Shown: positions 18,281 to 26,671 of the stretch, piece by piece
Layout: every line of letters starts with the position of its first letter
Position numbering within the stretch: position 1 is the stretch's first letter
Source: a virus
Direction: 5' to 3' (one strand)
IMG/VR virus record: IMGVR_UViG_3300025133_000037
Location: 32,001-96,000 of that record
Length of the DNA: 64,000 nucleotides
Made by a program: the position numbers and the translations under genes
The notes under the pieces: generated by a model
The model's input: only the letters and a program-made list of their open reading frames with translations
Database searches by the model: none
What the model was told of the DNA's origin: nothing

Positions 18281-18956
18281 CTATTATTTCTCCTTTGATA
18301 ATTTCTGGCGTACGACCATTTAAATGATTCATTTTTAATTCTAAGTTATTAACGAATACAGGTACAAGCTCTGGGCTTAATTCCTGCAAAACATCCAATA
18401 CAGTTTCCTTTAATATTCTTGCCTGCTCATTAACTACATTAATATTAATATTATGTTCAATCTTTTTATCAGCAACTCCCTCTATATATTTCTTCCAATC
18501 TTGCATAATATTCTTCATAGCGTTAATGTATTCAATAAAAATCTTATCTTCCCTTAGGGATCCGCCCTCTTGTAACAGATTATAATAGTATTCTATCCTT
18601 GAGCTTATCAGGCTATCCATTTCTAATAGACGCTTTGCAACATCTAGCTCAGACGTTGCAATTTCCTCAATCTTTTGCTGGTAAGAAGATGACGCCTTTA
18701 TAATCATTCTTGCCTCAGCTTCTGTCGCCTCCTTGTCCACCTGAACCCGTTTATTTTTTATATCATCAAGCATCTCCCCTCTTAGATTGAGGTGCTCTCC
18801 TCTAAACTTTTGCAACGTCATATATGAAATATGAAGACGCCTTGTTCTGGGATATTTATTCCTCAGCCATCCTTCGACCTGCTTCACAGAATCGCCTTCT
18901 AATAGCATTTTTATAATATCTTCTTTATCTGGGTGGTTTAAAATTTTCTTGCTCAT
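18270..18956 (-). CDS. Putative terminase small subunit-like protein
   Basis: N-terminal HTH-like segment (KILNHPDKEDIIKMLLEGDSVKQVEGWL), central coiled coil and beta-strand HNININV; first gene of the run leading to terL. Function is inference. Confidence 0.4.
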   Translation of the reverse strand: MSKKILNHPDKEDIIKMLLEGDSVKQVEGWLRNKYPRTRRLHISYMTLQKFRGEHLNLRGEMLDDIKNKRVQVDKEATEAEARMIIKASSSYQQKIEEIATSELDVAKRLLEMDSLISSRIEYYYNLLQEGGSLREDKIFIEYINAMKNIMQDWKKYIEGVADKKIEHNININVVNEQARILKETVLDVLQELSPELVPVFVNNLELKMNHLNGRTPEIIKGEIIDVD

Positions 18957-19018
18957 ATATGCCTCAAAGCTTAACTACATTCTACTAAGCTAAAATGTTA
19001 TATTAAATATTTTAATTA

Positions 19019-19588
19019 TTAGTTTCCCTTCCTCATCGCTCCCGCCGGAGGCAAGGAGTAAAATATAATATCATCAGATTCCTGTTGACTAGAGCCATTT
19101 TCTTCTGAAAACATAAATTCTTCAGGAATATCATTGTCCAAAGATGAGGCTACAACAACTTCTCCCGCAATTATCCTCTCGACTATAGCTATGACTAACT
19201 CATGCATATCGGTACTATACGGAAGCTTATACGCACGAACTCCATTCATTCTATTGTTTTCAAAGGTTAACAATCTCATTTTTGATTCAGGCCAAGATTC
19301 TCCATCTTGGCCTTCTGCCCAAAAGTATATAGCCCCTCCTACCCCCCTTGCCTCATCAGGCTCCTGGGCCAATGCCCAATACACCCTGTATTCTTCCGGC
19401 ATTAACTGGGTTGTCGGCCATCCATAAAAATTTTCAATAGAAGATATGGTTGACACCGAAAAGAGTAAGGCCACAAGAATGACTCCAGACTTTAAGATCC
19501 AATTGCCCTTTAGGCCTATTATTAGCCACAAAAGTAATGAAAATAATATAACAAATGATATAGTCAATCCCATCTTGACATACTCCAC
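19019..19588 (-). CDS. Membrane protein (2 N-terminal TM helices)
   Basis: Hydrophobic N-terminus, then GWPT...GAIYFW...RAYKLPYS; third gene of a membrane triad. Confidence 0.75.
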   Translation of the reverse strand: MEYVKMGLTISFVILFSLLLWLIIGLKGNWILKSGVILVALLFSVSTISSIENFYGWPTTQLMPEEYRVYWALAQEPDEARGVGGAIYFWAEGQDGESWPESKMRLLTFENNRMNGVRAYKLPYSTDMHELVIAIVERIIAGEVVVASSLDNDIPEEFMFSEENGSSQQESDDIIFYSLPPAGAMRKGN

Positions 19589-20184
19589 GGCCTTTCCCCG
19601 ACCTTTCTGACAAGATCTTTCTCTAAGTTACTAATGGATATCACATCTCCATTGGAATTCAAAGTTATTCTACACACCGTCTCTTCTTGGCCTCTTCTCT
19701 CCAAGGTTATTGTCTCCAGCAAAACCGTAGAAAAGGGGTTCATCTTATCAATCTGCACTGTAACCATGGCCGGCTCTGGCACTCTTTTTGAATACATATG
19801 TAAATTCAAAACATATTCTCCAGGCATTACCTTTCTTATCGTTACGATTTCTCTATTTTCCTTATATTCAATTATACCAAACTCTGTTTGCACTGCATCA
19901 TGATTTCCGCCTAAATCATCCCTATCTAAATGTATCAGACTAGTCTCTTTGTTGCCAAAATAAATCACATTTCCTTGTGGATCCTGAATGTAAGTGTCTA
20001 TATCATCAGTGACATCCTCTGGCCAAGATATTGTTATTAAAAAATCTGCATGAACATCAACTTTTCCCTCATCGCTAACAGGGTTGACCAAAACAAAAGC
20101 AACAACAAAAAGGGCAGCGAAGCATAGTAGTGTATTAAATAAAAGGTCTAAAAATGCAACATTTGTATTGTATGTTCGCTTCAT
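19564..20184 (-). CDS. Single-TM protein, ExbD/MotB-like anchor plus YfaP/DUF2135-like soluble domain
   Basis: AFLDLLFNTLLCF TM helix with Asp; DIDTYIQDPQG...LDRDDLG...ENREIVTIR...PGEY. Confidence 0.6.
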   Translation of the reverse strand: MKRTYNTNVAFLDLLFNTLLCFAALFVVAFVLVNPVSDEGKVDVHADFLITISWPEDVTDDIDTYIQDPQGNVIYFGNKETSLIHLDRDDLGGNHDAVQTEFGIIEYKENREIVTIRKVMPGEYVLNLHMYSKRVPEPAMVTVQIDKMNPFSTVLLETITLERRGQEETVCRITLNSNGDVISISNLEKDLVRKVGERPWSMSRWD

Positions 20185-20186
20185 CC

Positions 20187-20714
20187 CTAATCACCGCCTA
20201 CGCCTTGACTTAAAATAAAATATTGTATTTTTAACAAAATGCTGCACACAAGGCCTACCAGTGTCGTGTATAAAGCCGTGGACATTCCTAGGCCAAGGTC
20301 TCTGATTAGGGCCTGCACCGTTTGGGTGTCGTCAACGTTTAAGGTTGCAAACCCACCTAGCATAGATATAAACCCGATAACAGTTCCTACCATTCCTATC
20401 GACAGAAATAAATCACTCATAAACCAGCCGGACTCTATACTTTCCCTTATATCTTTGCCTCTCAGTATGTTTATATTTTCTCCATAATAGCCAACGCTCC
20501 ATGTCTGTATACCGCAGATTGCTGATTGTATATAAAATAATGATAATATCACAAAGCTTAACTTTGTTACGTCATTATCCCATACTGTATGAAAAACATT
20601 GCCAAAAAAACAAAAGCCTGTAAAAATAGCTATTAGCAATACCATTAGCCACCATTTTAAAAATAATTTATGCTTGACTATTTCGTCCTTACCCTTTTTT
20701 ATTCTCTCATTCAT
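20187..20714 (-). CDS. MotA/TolQ/ExbB proton-channel family protein
   Basis: IGMVGTVIGFI...GMSTALYTTLVGL signature of the ExbB/TolQ TM helices. Confidence 0.85.
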   Translation of the reverse strand: MNERIKKGKDEIVKHKLFLKWWLMVLLIAIFTGFCFFGNVFHTVWDNDVTKLSFVILSLFYIQSAICGIQTWSVGYYGENINILRGKDIRESIESGWFMSDLFLSIGMVGTVIGFISMLGGFATLNVDDTQTVQALIRDLGLGMSTALYTTLVGLVCSILLKIQYFILSQGVGGD

Positions 20715-20727
20715 GTTTTCCCCAAAC

Positions 20728-20766
20728 TAAAAAGTCCCAGCTTTATATTACTATAAGCCGGGACTT
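20728..20766 (-). terminator. Intrinsic terminator-like hairpin
   Basis: Minus strand AAGTCCCGGCTT-ATAGTAATATA-AAGCTGGGACTT-TTT. Confidence 0.75.
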
Positions 20767-20792
20767 CAATCGTTTAAAAAGTAATTTAATAG

Positions 20793-21764
20793 CTATTCTT
20801 TTGTTTTCTTAATCAGTGAATCTAAATAATCAGCCTCTTTGGTCAAGCCATTTTCGTCCAAATGCGTAGAAAATGTAATTAAATTATTTACAAGCTTAGA
20901 GGCAGTGCCTACGAGCGGCCAGCCAACATCAAGAATAGCGACCTCTTCGTCTGTTAAGTTTGAGTTATTCACATCACGAAGCCTATCTGAAGTCAGTTTG
21001 TAGTCGGAAGACGGGTCCTCATGAGCCTCAAACAAAGATGCAAGTTCAGCCGTAGTTAAAGGCCTGTTTTCACGTGCAGATGCTCCAGAGGAATCTAAGC
21101 CCAAAGCCTCTCGAACACTAGGGGTGCTTCTGTCTACATCTGCAAAATCATCTCTTCGCCAGCCAAGGTCAAAGAGCTTTCCTATCTCCTCAGTAGAAAG
21201 CGCATCATCTGGGTTAGGCCCTCCTACGGAGACATAGCCACCTGCAGCCTTCTTTATCAATGAATCTAAATAATTCGCCTCTTTAACCAAACCCTTTTGA
21301 TCCAAATGATTTGCCATATGCATCATGCTAGATTGAAGCGCGGCACTTCCGGGAGGAAATGTGCGTCCGTCTTCGGCCTTAAAGCCCTCATTGTAATCAT
21401 AGATCTTATTGGTGTAAGGGTCTTGAAAAACTCCGTCAGAAACTCTTAGCGCCTGGACTCCTACTCGATCTGGAGAATATCTCGTTGAAAGATGTGTTGC
21501 AACACTTGGCTCTGGAACATAGGAATCTCCATGATCCGGAGATAAATTATAAAGCCCCTCTGTCGTTCTCTCAGGAGGCTCGCCGCCTCGCTGAGAAAGA
21601 TATCTTTCTCTTGTCGCATATTCTGTAACATTTGATTGAAAATGCTGAAATGCACCATGCTGATCAGCGTCAGCTATTTTTTCCAAAAACCTTAAAGAAT
21701 CTTTTCTTTCACTTTCGTCAGCAAATGATTCAAAGCCTTTTAATTTTTCGAGTCTAGAATTCAT
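20793..21764 (-). CDS. Hypothetical protein with duplicated helical module
   Basis: 323 aa; HLDxxGLxKEAxYLDSLIKK occurs twice; LSTRYSPDRVG core. Confidence 0.8.
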   Translation of the reverse strand: MNSRLEKLKGFESFADESERKDSLRFLEKIADADQHGAFQHFQSNVTEYATRERYLSQRGGEPPERTTEGLYNLSPDHGDSYVPEPSVATHLSTRYSPDRVGVQALRVSDGVFQDPYTNKIYDYNEGFKAEDGRTFPPGSAALQSSMMHMANHLDQKGLVKEANYLDSLIKKAAGGYVSVGGPNPDDALSTEEIGKLFDLGWRRDDFADVDRSTPSVREALGLDSSGASARENRPLTTAELASLFEAHEDPSSDYKLTSDRLRDVNNSNLTDEEVAILDVGWPLVGTASKLVNNLITFSTHLDENGLTKEADYLDSLIKKTKE

Positions 21765-21773
21765 TTGTTTCTC

Positions 21774-23333
21774 CTATGAAAGTGAAATCTTTGAAGAAGA
21801 TATCATAGCCCCTGTGTCACTTAGGTTGCCACCCTGCTTGCTCCGGCTCATCGGAACAGGGCGTCCCTTAGCGTCAAAGGCTACCTTGCTTACCGGCAAT
21901 CCAAGTTTGGGACAGTAAAGCTGAACAGAGGTCGGAACCTTTATTAAATCGCCATTATCAAAAGCCGCCTTAATAAGGGCGTCTCTCTCTGTGCTTCCCG
22001 AGGAGTGCTTTAGCAGCTTAGAAAATCTATCTAAAGCAGCAAGATGTTGCCCTCCTTCAAATTTTTGACCAATAACCAATACGGCATCTTCTGCCTGTTT
22101 GTAATTTCCATTAGCTACACCTGAATCAATTTGATCTATAAGCTGAGAATAAGACAAACGATCCATCTCCTCTATCTCTCTAGACACCTTATTTATACTA
22201 TCAACTAGGCTTGCTCTTCCCAGCACAGATTGCAAACCCGTTTTGTCCAAAGGATACGAGCTACCATCTACTGCGAATTTCGTAGGAATAATGGGTCTGC
22301 CATTTGGCATATCTATAACCACTGATGCTTCAACCTTGCCTTTGGCAGATGGAATATCTGCAAAAAAAGTCAAAGACTTATCAGAGGAGGAGGCGACACG
22401 TACTTGTGGGTTTAAAATCCCTAAGCTAGAAAACTCCAGGGCAACAACATTGGTTGCCATCCTCACTTGGTCTCTAGAAAAAGACGCTGCCGCCGAAACT
22501 AATTCATTTTCTAAATTTGTATACTTTCGCAAAGAAGCAGGGACAACGGCGGCATCCATTTGAAGCTCACCAAATTCTCTCTGGCCTTCAAACTTATTCT
22601 TTGCAGCCTTTTGTATAAAATTATTCTTATCTTTAATAAAGACATAAAGATTCTCTTTATTAAGCTTTACCAACTGATCGCCCTGCACAAATGCCTGCGG
22701 CAAAGCAGGGATTCCATTTGTTACTTGGACGGGAATGGGGACATTAACCTGAGTATGATCTGACGTATCAAGAGACGCATTACATAGAATGAAGTGCTCA
22801 TTTGTCCTTATCGCCTTAACGTCCGTTGGAGGACAGCCTAGAGCTATCATTTGTAACTTCGCAAACTTTTCAGCCTTTTTTACAAGATTATCAGATATAG
22901 TAGAAAAAGCTGCCTTTTGCTCTAATGAGAAAACTCCCGCCAATTCCTTCGATAACTCACTGTCTCCATACAGAGGTGTTAGCCTTTCTTCATACGGAAC
23001 TCTTGCTGCAGAAGCCCCCTTTGCATCAGCCATAACCGAGGCATGTCTCACCGGAAGCAAGTCTTCAAGCTCTTGTCTGAAATTAGAACGACCACCGGAG
23101 AGCCCATACAGGTGGTCATAAACTTCTGAAATTTCTCTTTGAGTAATAAAGTTTTGCTTTGAAGCCCTAGTCTCTATAACGTCACGCATGTGGCAGATAA
23201 GAGCATCTCCAGAATTATTATCAGCCGCCTTTTGCAAGCGACTTAAAACATAGCCTGAAGAAAAGGTCTTACCTTGGGTTATATTTTCTAGAGCCTTCTT
23301 CGCCTGCTCTGCAATCTTTTGTATCTCATTCAT
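21774..23333 (-). CDS. Hypothetical protein with internal domain duplication
   Basis: 519 aa; AAGGA RBS; two similar beta-rich units ending NG-x-P-x-x-P-x-x-F. Confidence 0.8.
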   Translation of the reverse strand: MNEIQKIAEQAKKALENITQGKTFSSGYVLSRLQKAADNNSGDALICHMRDVIETRASKQNFITQREISEVYDHLYGLSGGRSNFRQELEDLLPVRHASVMADAKGASAARVPYEERLTPLYGDSELSKELAGVFSLEQKAAFSTISDNLVKKAEKFAKLQMIALGCPPTDVKAIRTNEHFILCNASLDTSDHTQVNVPIPVQVTNGIPALPQAFVQGDQLVKLNKENLYVFIKDKNNFIQKAAKNKFEGQREFGELQMDAAVVPASLRKYTNLENELVSAAASFSRDQVRMATNVVALEFSSLGILNPQVRVASSSDKSLTFFADIPSAKGKVEASVVIDMPNGRPIIPTKFAVDGSSYPLDKTGLQSVLGRASLVDSINKVSREIEEMDRLSYSQLIDQIDSGVANGNYKQAEDAVLVIGQKFEGGQHLAALDRFSKLLKHSSGSTERDALIKAAFDNGDLIKVPTSVQLYCPKLGLPVSKVAFDAKGRPVPMSRSKQGGNLSDTGAMISSSKISLS

Positions 23334-23344
23334 TGTTAAATTCC

Positions 23345-23824
23345 TTATTTATTTTCTTTGAATATATCTGGAAAAAGGCTTTCTATAGCGCTTACCTTGG
23401 CTTTAGCCTGAGACGCTATAACTTTCTTTAAAAAGCCTACATCGGTGGATGCCACATCCAACAGGGCTGACTTGAACGTAAATATGTCTTCTCCATCAAA
23501 TCCGTAATCTTCTGAAGAAAATGCACATATAGGGACATTCTTATATGACAGCGTTACATTGTTATAATCATAATTGCTATCTGCGCTCCAGTCGCCGCCC
23601 TCTTTTCTTTGATATTGAGGGTCTGAACTTCTAACTAAAAAAGAATCTCCATCAATACTTTCGACCTTCCATAGGTCGTCATATTGATCTCCAAAAACTT
23701 TGTACATATCAAAGGCGACCTTTTTTAACTTTAAATCATCACTCATTGGAATTTTGTCTTTACCTGATAAATCAGAAGACTGCTTTTTTGAAAGCTCTAT
23801 AAGAACCTTGTCCAGATCTGACAT
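23345..23824 (-). CDS. Hypothetical protein
   Basis: 159 aa; GAGGAG RBS; LKKVAFD motif. Confidence 0.8.
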   Translation of the reverse strand: MSDLDKVLIELSKKQSSDLSGKDKIPMSDDLKLKKVAFDMYKVFGDQYDDLWKVESIDGDSFLVRSSDPQYQRKEGGDWSADSNYDYNNVTLSYKNVPICAFSSEDYGFDGEDIFTFKSALLDVASTDVGFLKKVIASQAKAKVSAIESLFPDIFKENK

Positions 23825-23928
23825 GAATGCTCTCCTCGCTGTAAAATTTATCTTTATTAATAGAAACCAAAAACTTTGACTATTGGTAAAATACCTGCAT
23901 TTATTACAATAACTTCACTGCTACATAA

Positions 23929-23938
23929 TAAATTAGTA
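23929..23938 (-). promoter_or_regulatory. Candidate late-promoter element (TACTAATTTA); second copy TTCTATTAAT at 23856-23865
   Basis: At the boundary between the replication and head blocks. Confidence 0.45.
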
Positions 23939-23940
23939 GG

Positions 23941-24390
23941 CTAATCCTCCTGCCCTTTATTTATAGTGGCGATCTCACTCAAGATCTCCTTAATTCTAAC
24001 ATGATTTTTGGTTATTTTTTTAAGTTTTTTAACAATTCCACCATAACGCTTCTTGTGATTTTTATAATCAATATTTCCATGCATCGCCTTATGTACGGCA
24101 GATTGCGTTATACCGAGATGGTCGGCTATTTCGTTTTGAGTCTTGCCCATTAAACGCATAAACAGAATTTTCTTCTGATGCTCCGTTAGATACTCTCCAT
24201 TTACTATATCGTAAATTTCGTCCAGAAGCTCTTCTTTTAGATCCAAGATTCTTTCGTCTGAGGCATTGTCCATAAGCACCCTGCTCATGCCTCTTTCGTT
24301 TGAGAAATTATTTAACTTTGCTGCTTCAAAAGAAATTTCAACAATTTTATATTGATATGATTTGCTTTTTCTTCCCACTTTACCTACCAA
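23941..24390 (-). CDS. Sigma70 region-4-like HTH protein
   Basis: LTEHQKKILFMRLMGKTQNEIADHLGITQSAVHK. Confidence 0.75.
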   Translation of the reverse strand: MVGKVGRKSKSYQYKIVEISFEAAKLNNFSNERGMSRVLMDNASDERILDLKEELLDEIYDIVNGEYLTEHQKKILFMRLMGKTQNEIADHLGITQSAVHKAMHGNIDYKNHKKRYGGIVKKLKKITKNHVRIKEILSEIATINKGQED

Positions 24391-25142
24391 ATTTCTGGAA
24401 TTATTTGTTTGAAATCTTTACAAAAAGCCTCTCTGTCATTTGCAGGATCAGCAAAATATTCATCTACATCCTTATATGCATCTGGTACGCTTAAAAATCT
24501 TAATTTAATTCCCTTGTTTATATACTTGCTATATATTCTCTCAATAGACTTTTGGCCTGCATCATCTGAATCTAAAACAAATGTTATTTTATCAGTATAT
24601 CTAGCAAGCTTTAAAAAATGATTTTGAGAAAAAGCTGTTCCGCAAATTGCTACAGAGTTGTGGAACCCATTTTTCTCCATCGACAAATAATCAAAATATC
24701 CCTCTAGAACATAAACATTATTAGAACTTATAATACTCCGTTTGGAAGAGTTTAGTCCATATAAGATATTCGCCTTTTTATACGAAGAATTTTTATATTT
24801 TGGAATACCCAAAAGCCTTCTCGCCTCATCCTCCATTAGCGTCCGCCCGCTTATTCCTACTGCATCCCCATATTCTGAAAAGATTGGAAATATTAAATAA
24901 AAATAATTAGAAAAGTCACTTTGCTTTGAAAAATTTAAAATATTCAAACTATTAAGAAGATCTTCTGAAAGATATTTTGTAAGAATATTTGTATTTTGAG
25001 GGAAAAATCCAATTTTATTCTTTCTTATAGACGCCTTCGTTAGACCCCTGTCTTTAACCAGATACCTTAAGCATGACCTTGAGTTTCTTAGATTGCTATG
25101 ACAAATATCTACGAGCTGCTGCAAGCCATCATTCTGATTCAT
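24384..25142 (-). CDS. dnaG: DnaG-type primase catalytic (TOPRIM) subunit lacking the Zn-binding domain
   Basis: YL..RGL, IFPI, GRTL, KYKNS, LYGL, VLEGYFD, GTAF, LDSDDAG, KDVDE motifs; start revised to MNQNDG (GGAGG RBS). Confidence 0.85.
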   Translation of the reverse strand: MNQNDGLQQLVDICHSNLRNSRSCLRYLVKDRGLTKASIRKNKIGFFPQNTNILTKYLSEDLLNSLNILNFSKQSDFSNYFYLIFPIFSEYGDAVGISGRTLMEDEARRLLGIPKYKNSSYKKANILYGLNSSKRSIISSNNVYVLEGYFDYLSMEKNGFHNSVAICGTAFSQNHFLKLARYTDKITFVLDSDDAGQKSIERIYSKYINKGIKLRFLSVPDAYKDVDEYFADPANDREAFCKDFKQIIPEIW

Positions 25143-25497
25143 TTTCTTCCTCCAGCGCCGGCACTTCATTAATCCTTTCTATTGCACTGACCATATGCTC
25201 TGTTATATTAATCTTGCAACCAACGCCATCATTGGGGCACTCCCTACCCACTAGCAGCCCTGATTTAACCATTGTTTCAACAGGCTTTTCGCAAGTATTG
25301 CATGGAAACATAAATGCCTTTTTGCCCTTATGTCTAACAATGTCTCCATTCGCCTTCATGGAGAGCTTCGCATAAGAAGAAACCTCGCTTAAGACATCTC
25401 CGCAATTATTGCAAATCACATCGTCACTGTTTGTGTCTAAAGAGCCGTCAGTAAACCCATCACTCTCTCTACATTTTGCATTACATCTTACAATCAT
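25129..25497 (-). CDS. Zn-finger protein
   Basis: 122 aa with CxxxC, CxxC, CxxC and C...C pairs. Confidence 0.7.
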   Translation of the reverse strand: MIVRCNAKCRESDGFTDGSLDTNSDDVICNNCGDVLSEVSSYAKLSMKANGDIVRHKGKKAFMFPCNTCEKPVETMVKSGLLVGRECPNDGVGCKINITEHMVSAIERINEVPALEEENESE

Positions 25498-25509
25498 TAC
25501 GCCTCCGAC

Positions 25510-26655
25510 TTATTGAATTGAATTAATTAAAGGATTTGCCTCTTCCGCTAAAGGCTCGGAATCATCATACTCTTCTGTATTTAAATATATATTTCTAACT
25601 TTATCATTATACTTGACCATTAGTCCTTCGCTGTTTTTAACTGCCTCTATGGCGTTATCCCTCCCCCTAATCTTCTCTCCATTAACTAAATAGCTCTGAG
25701 TACTAGGTCGTTCAATTAAATTATATTTAACTGCAAGATCAAAGATTTCCTCATAAACTCTAACTACACCCTTTTCATACTCCACCTTATACTCTGCTTG
25801 CCTGAATGGTGCGCCAACCTTATTCTTCTGTATCTTAGCTCTAACTGTATGTCCAATCTTATCCCCTGCTGTATTTTTGATGACAGAATCAGAACTAAAA
25901 ACTGGAGCCATATTAATCATAAGGCTGCAAGCATGCTTGAGAGCCTTCCCTCCGGGGGATGTAGTTGGGTCTCCAAACATTTGCCCAAGATTAACCCTAA
26001 CTTGGTTAATCCCTATAAATGCAACATTTGCCTGGGCTACTACTGGAGTTAGCTTTTTAAGCTCTGTTGATAAAAACCTAGGAATTGGAGCCATATTTGC
26101 CTTTCCAATATCTGCGGCTATTTCAAGTGGAGTATTGAGAACTGCAATGGAGTCCAAAACTATTATTCCAAGATTTTTAAACCTTGGATCCGTGCCCTCT
26201 ATGACATGATCCAATATACCCCGCATATTCTTGCTTACCTTTTTAGTTGCAGAATTTACCTTCATAGTGCCAATGAGTCCCTGGAAAATTGCTTTAGCAT
26301 CATTTGTCTTGATAACCATAACTCGGGAAATATCAACCCCCTGTTTCATGGCCCACTCAGGATCATAAGTATATTCTGCATCAATAAATAATGCTGTATT
26401 TTCAGGATTTTGATCCAAGTATTCTTTAATGCAAGATAATGCAAGCATGGTCTTTCCAGAGCTTTCTCTTCCAGCAAGCTGCGTTATTCTTCCCATTGGA
26501 ATTCCGCCTATGCCTATTGCCTCATCCAGCTTTGGGCTCCCAGTGCTTATAGCGTCATATTTTGTTGATATATTCCCATCAAAAAAGATGGTATCTTCTC
26601 CAAAGAAGTTTACAATTTCTCGCTCTGCTTCACTGGCTGATAATTTTTTCGCCAT
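25510..26655 (-). CDS. recA: RecA recombinase
   Basis: ISTGS..LD..IGIGGIPMGRI, GRESSGKT, FIDAE, INQVR, GGKALK, KNKVGAPFR. Confidence 0.95.
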   Translation of the reverse strand: MAKKLSASEAEREIVNFFGEDTIFFDGNISTKYDAISTGSPKLDEAIGIGGIPMGRITQLAGRESSGKTMLALSCIKEYLDQNPENTALFIDAEYTYDPEWAMKQGVDISRVMVIKTNDAKAIFQGLIGTMKVNSATKKVSKNMRGILDHVIEGTDPRFKNLGIIVLDSIAVLNTPLEIAADIGKANMAPIPRFLSTELKKLTPVVAQANVAFIGINQVRVNLGQMFGDPTTSPGGKALKHACSLMINMAPVFSSDSVIKNTAGDKIGHTVRAKIQKNKVGAPFRQAEYKVEYEKGVVRVYEEIFDLAVKYNLIERPSTQSYLVNGEKIRGRDNAIEAVKNSEGLMVKYNDKVRNIYLNTEEYDDSEPLAEEANPLINSIQ

Positions 26656-26671
26656 TTTCAACTCCTATATT

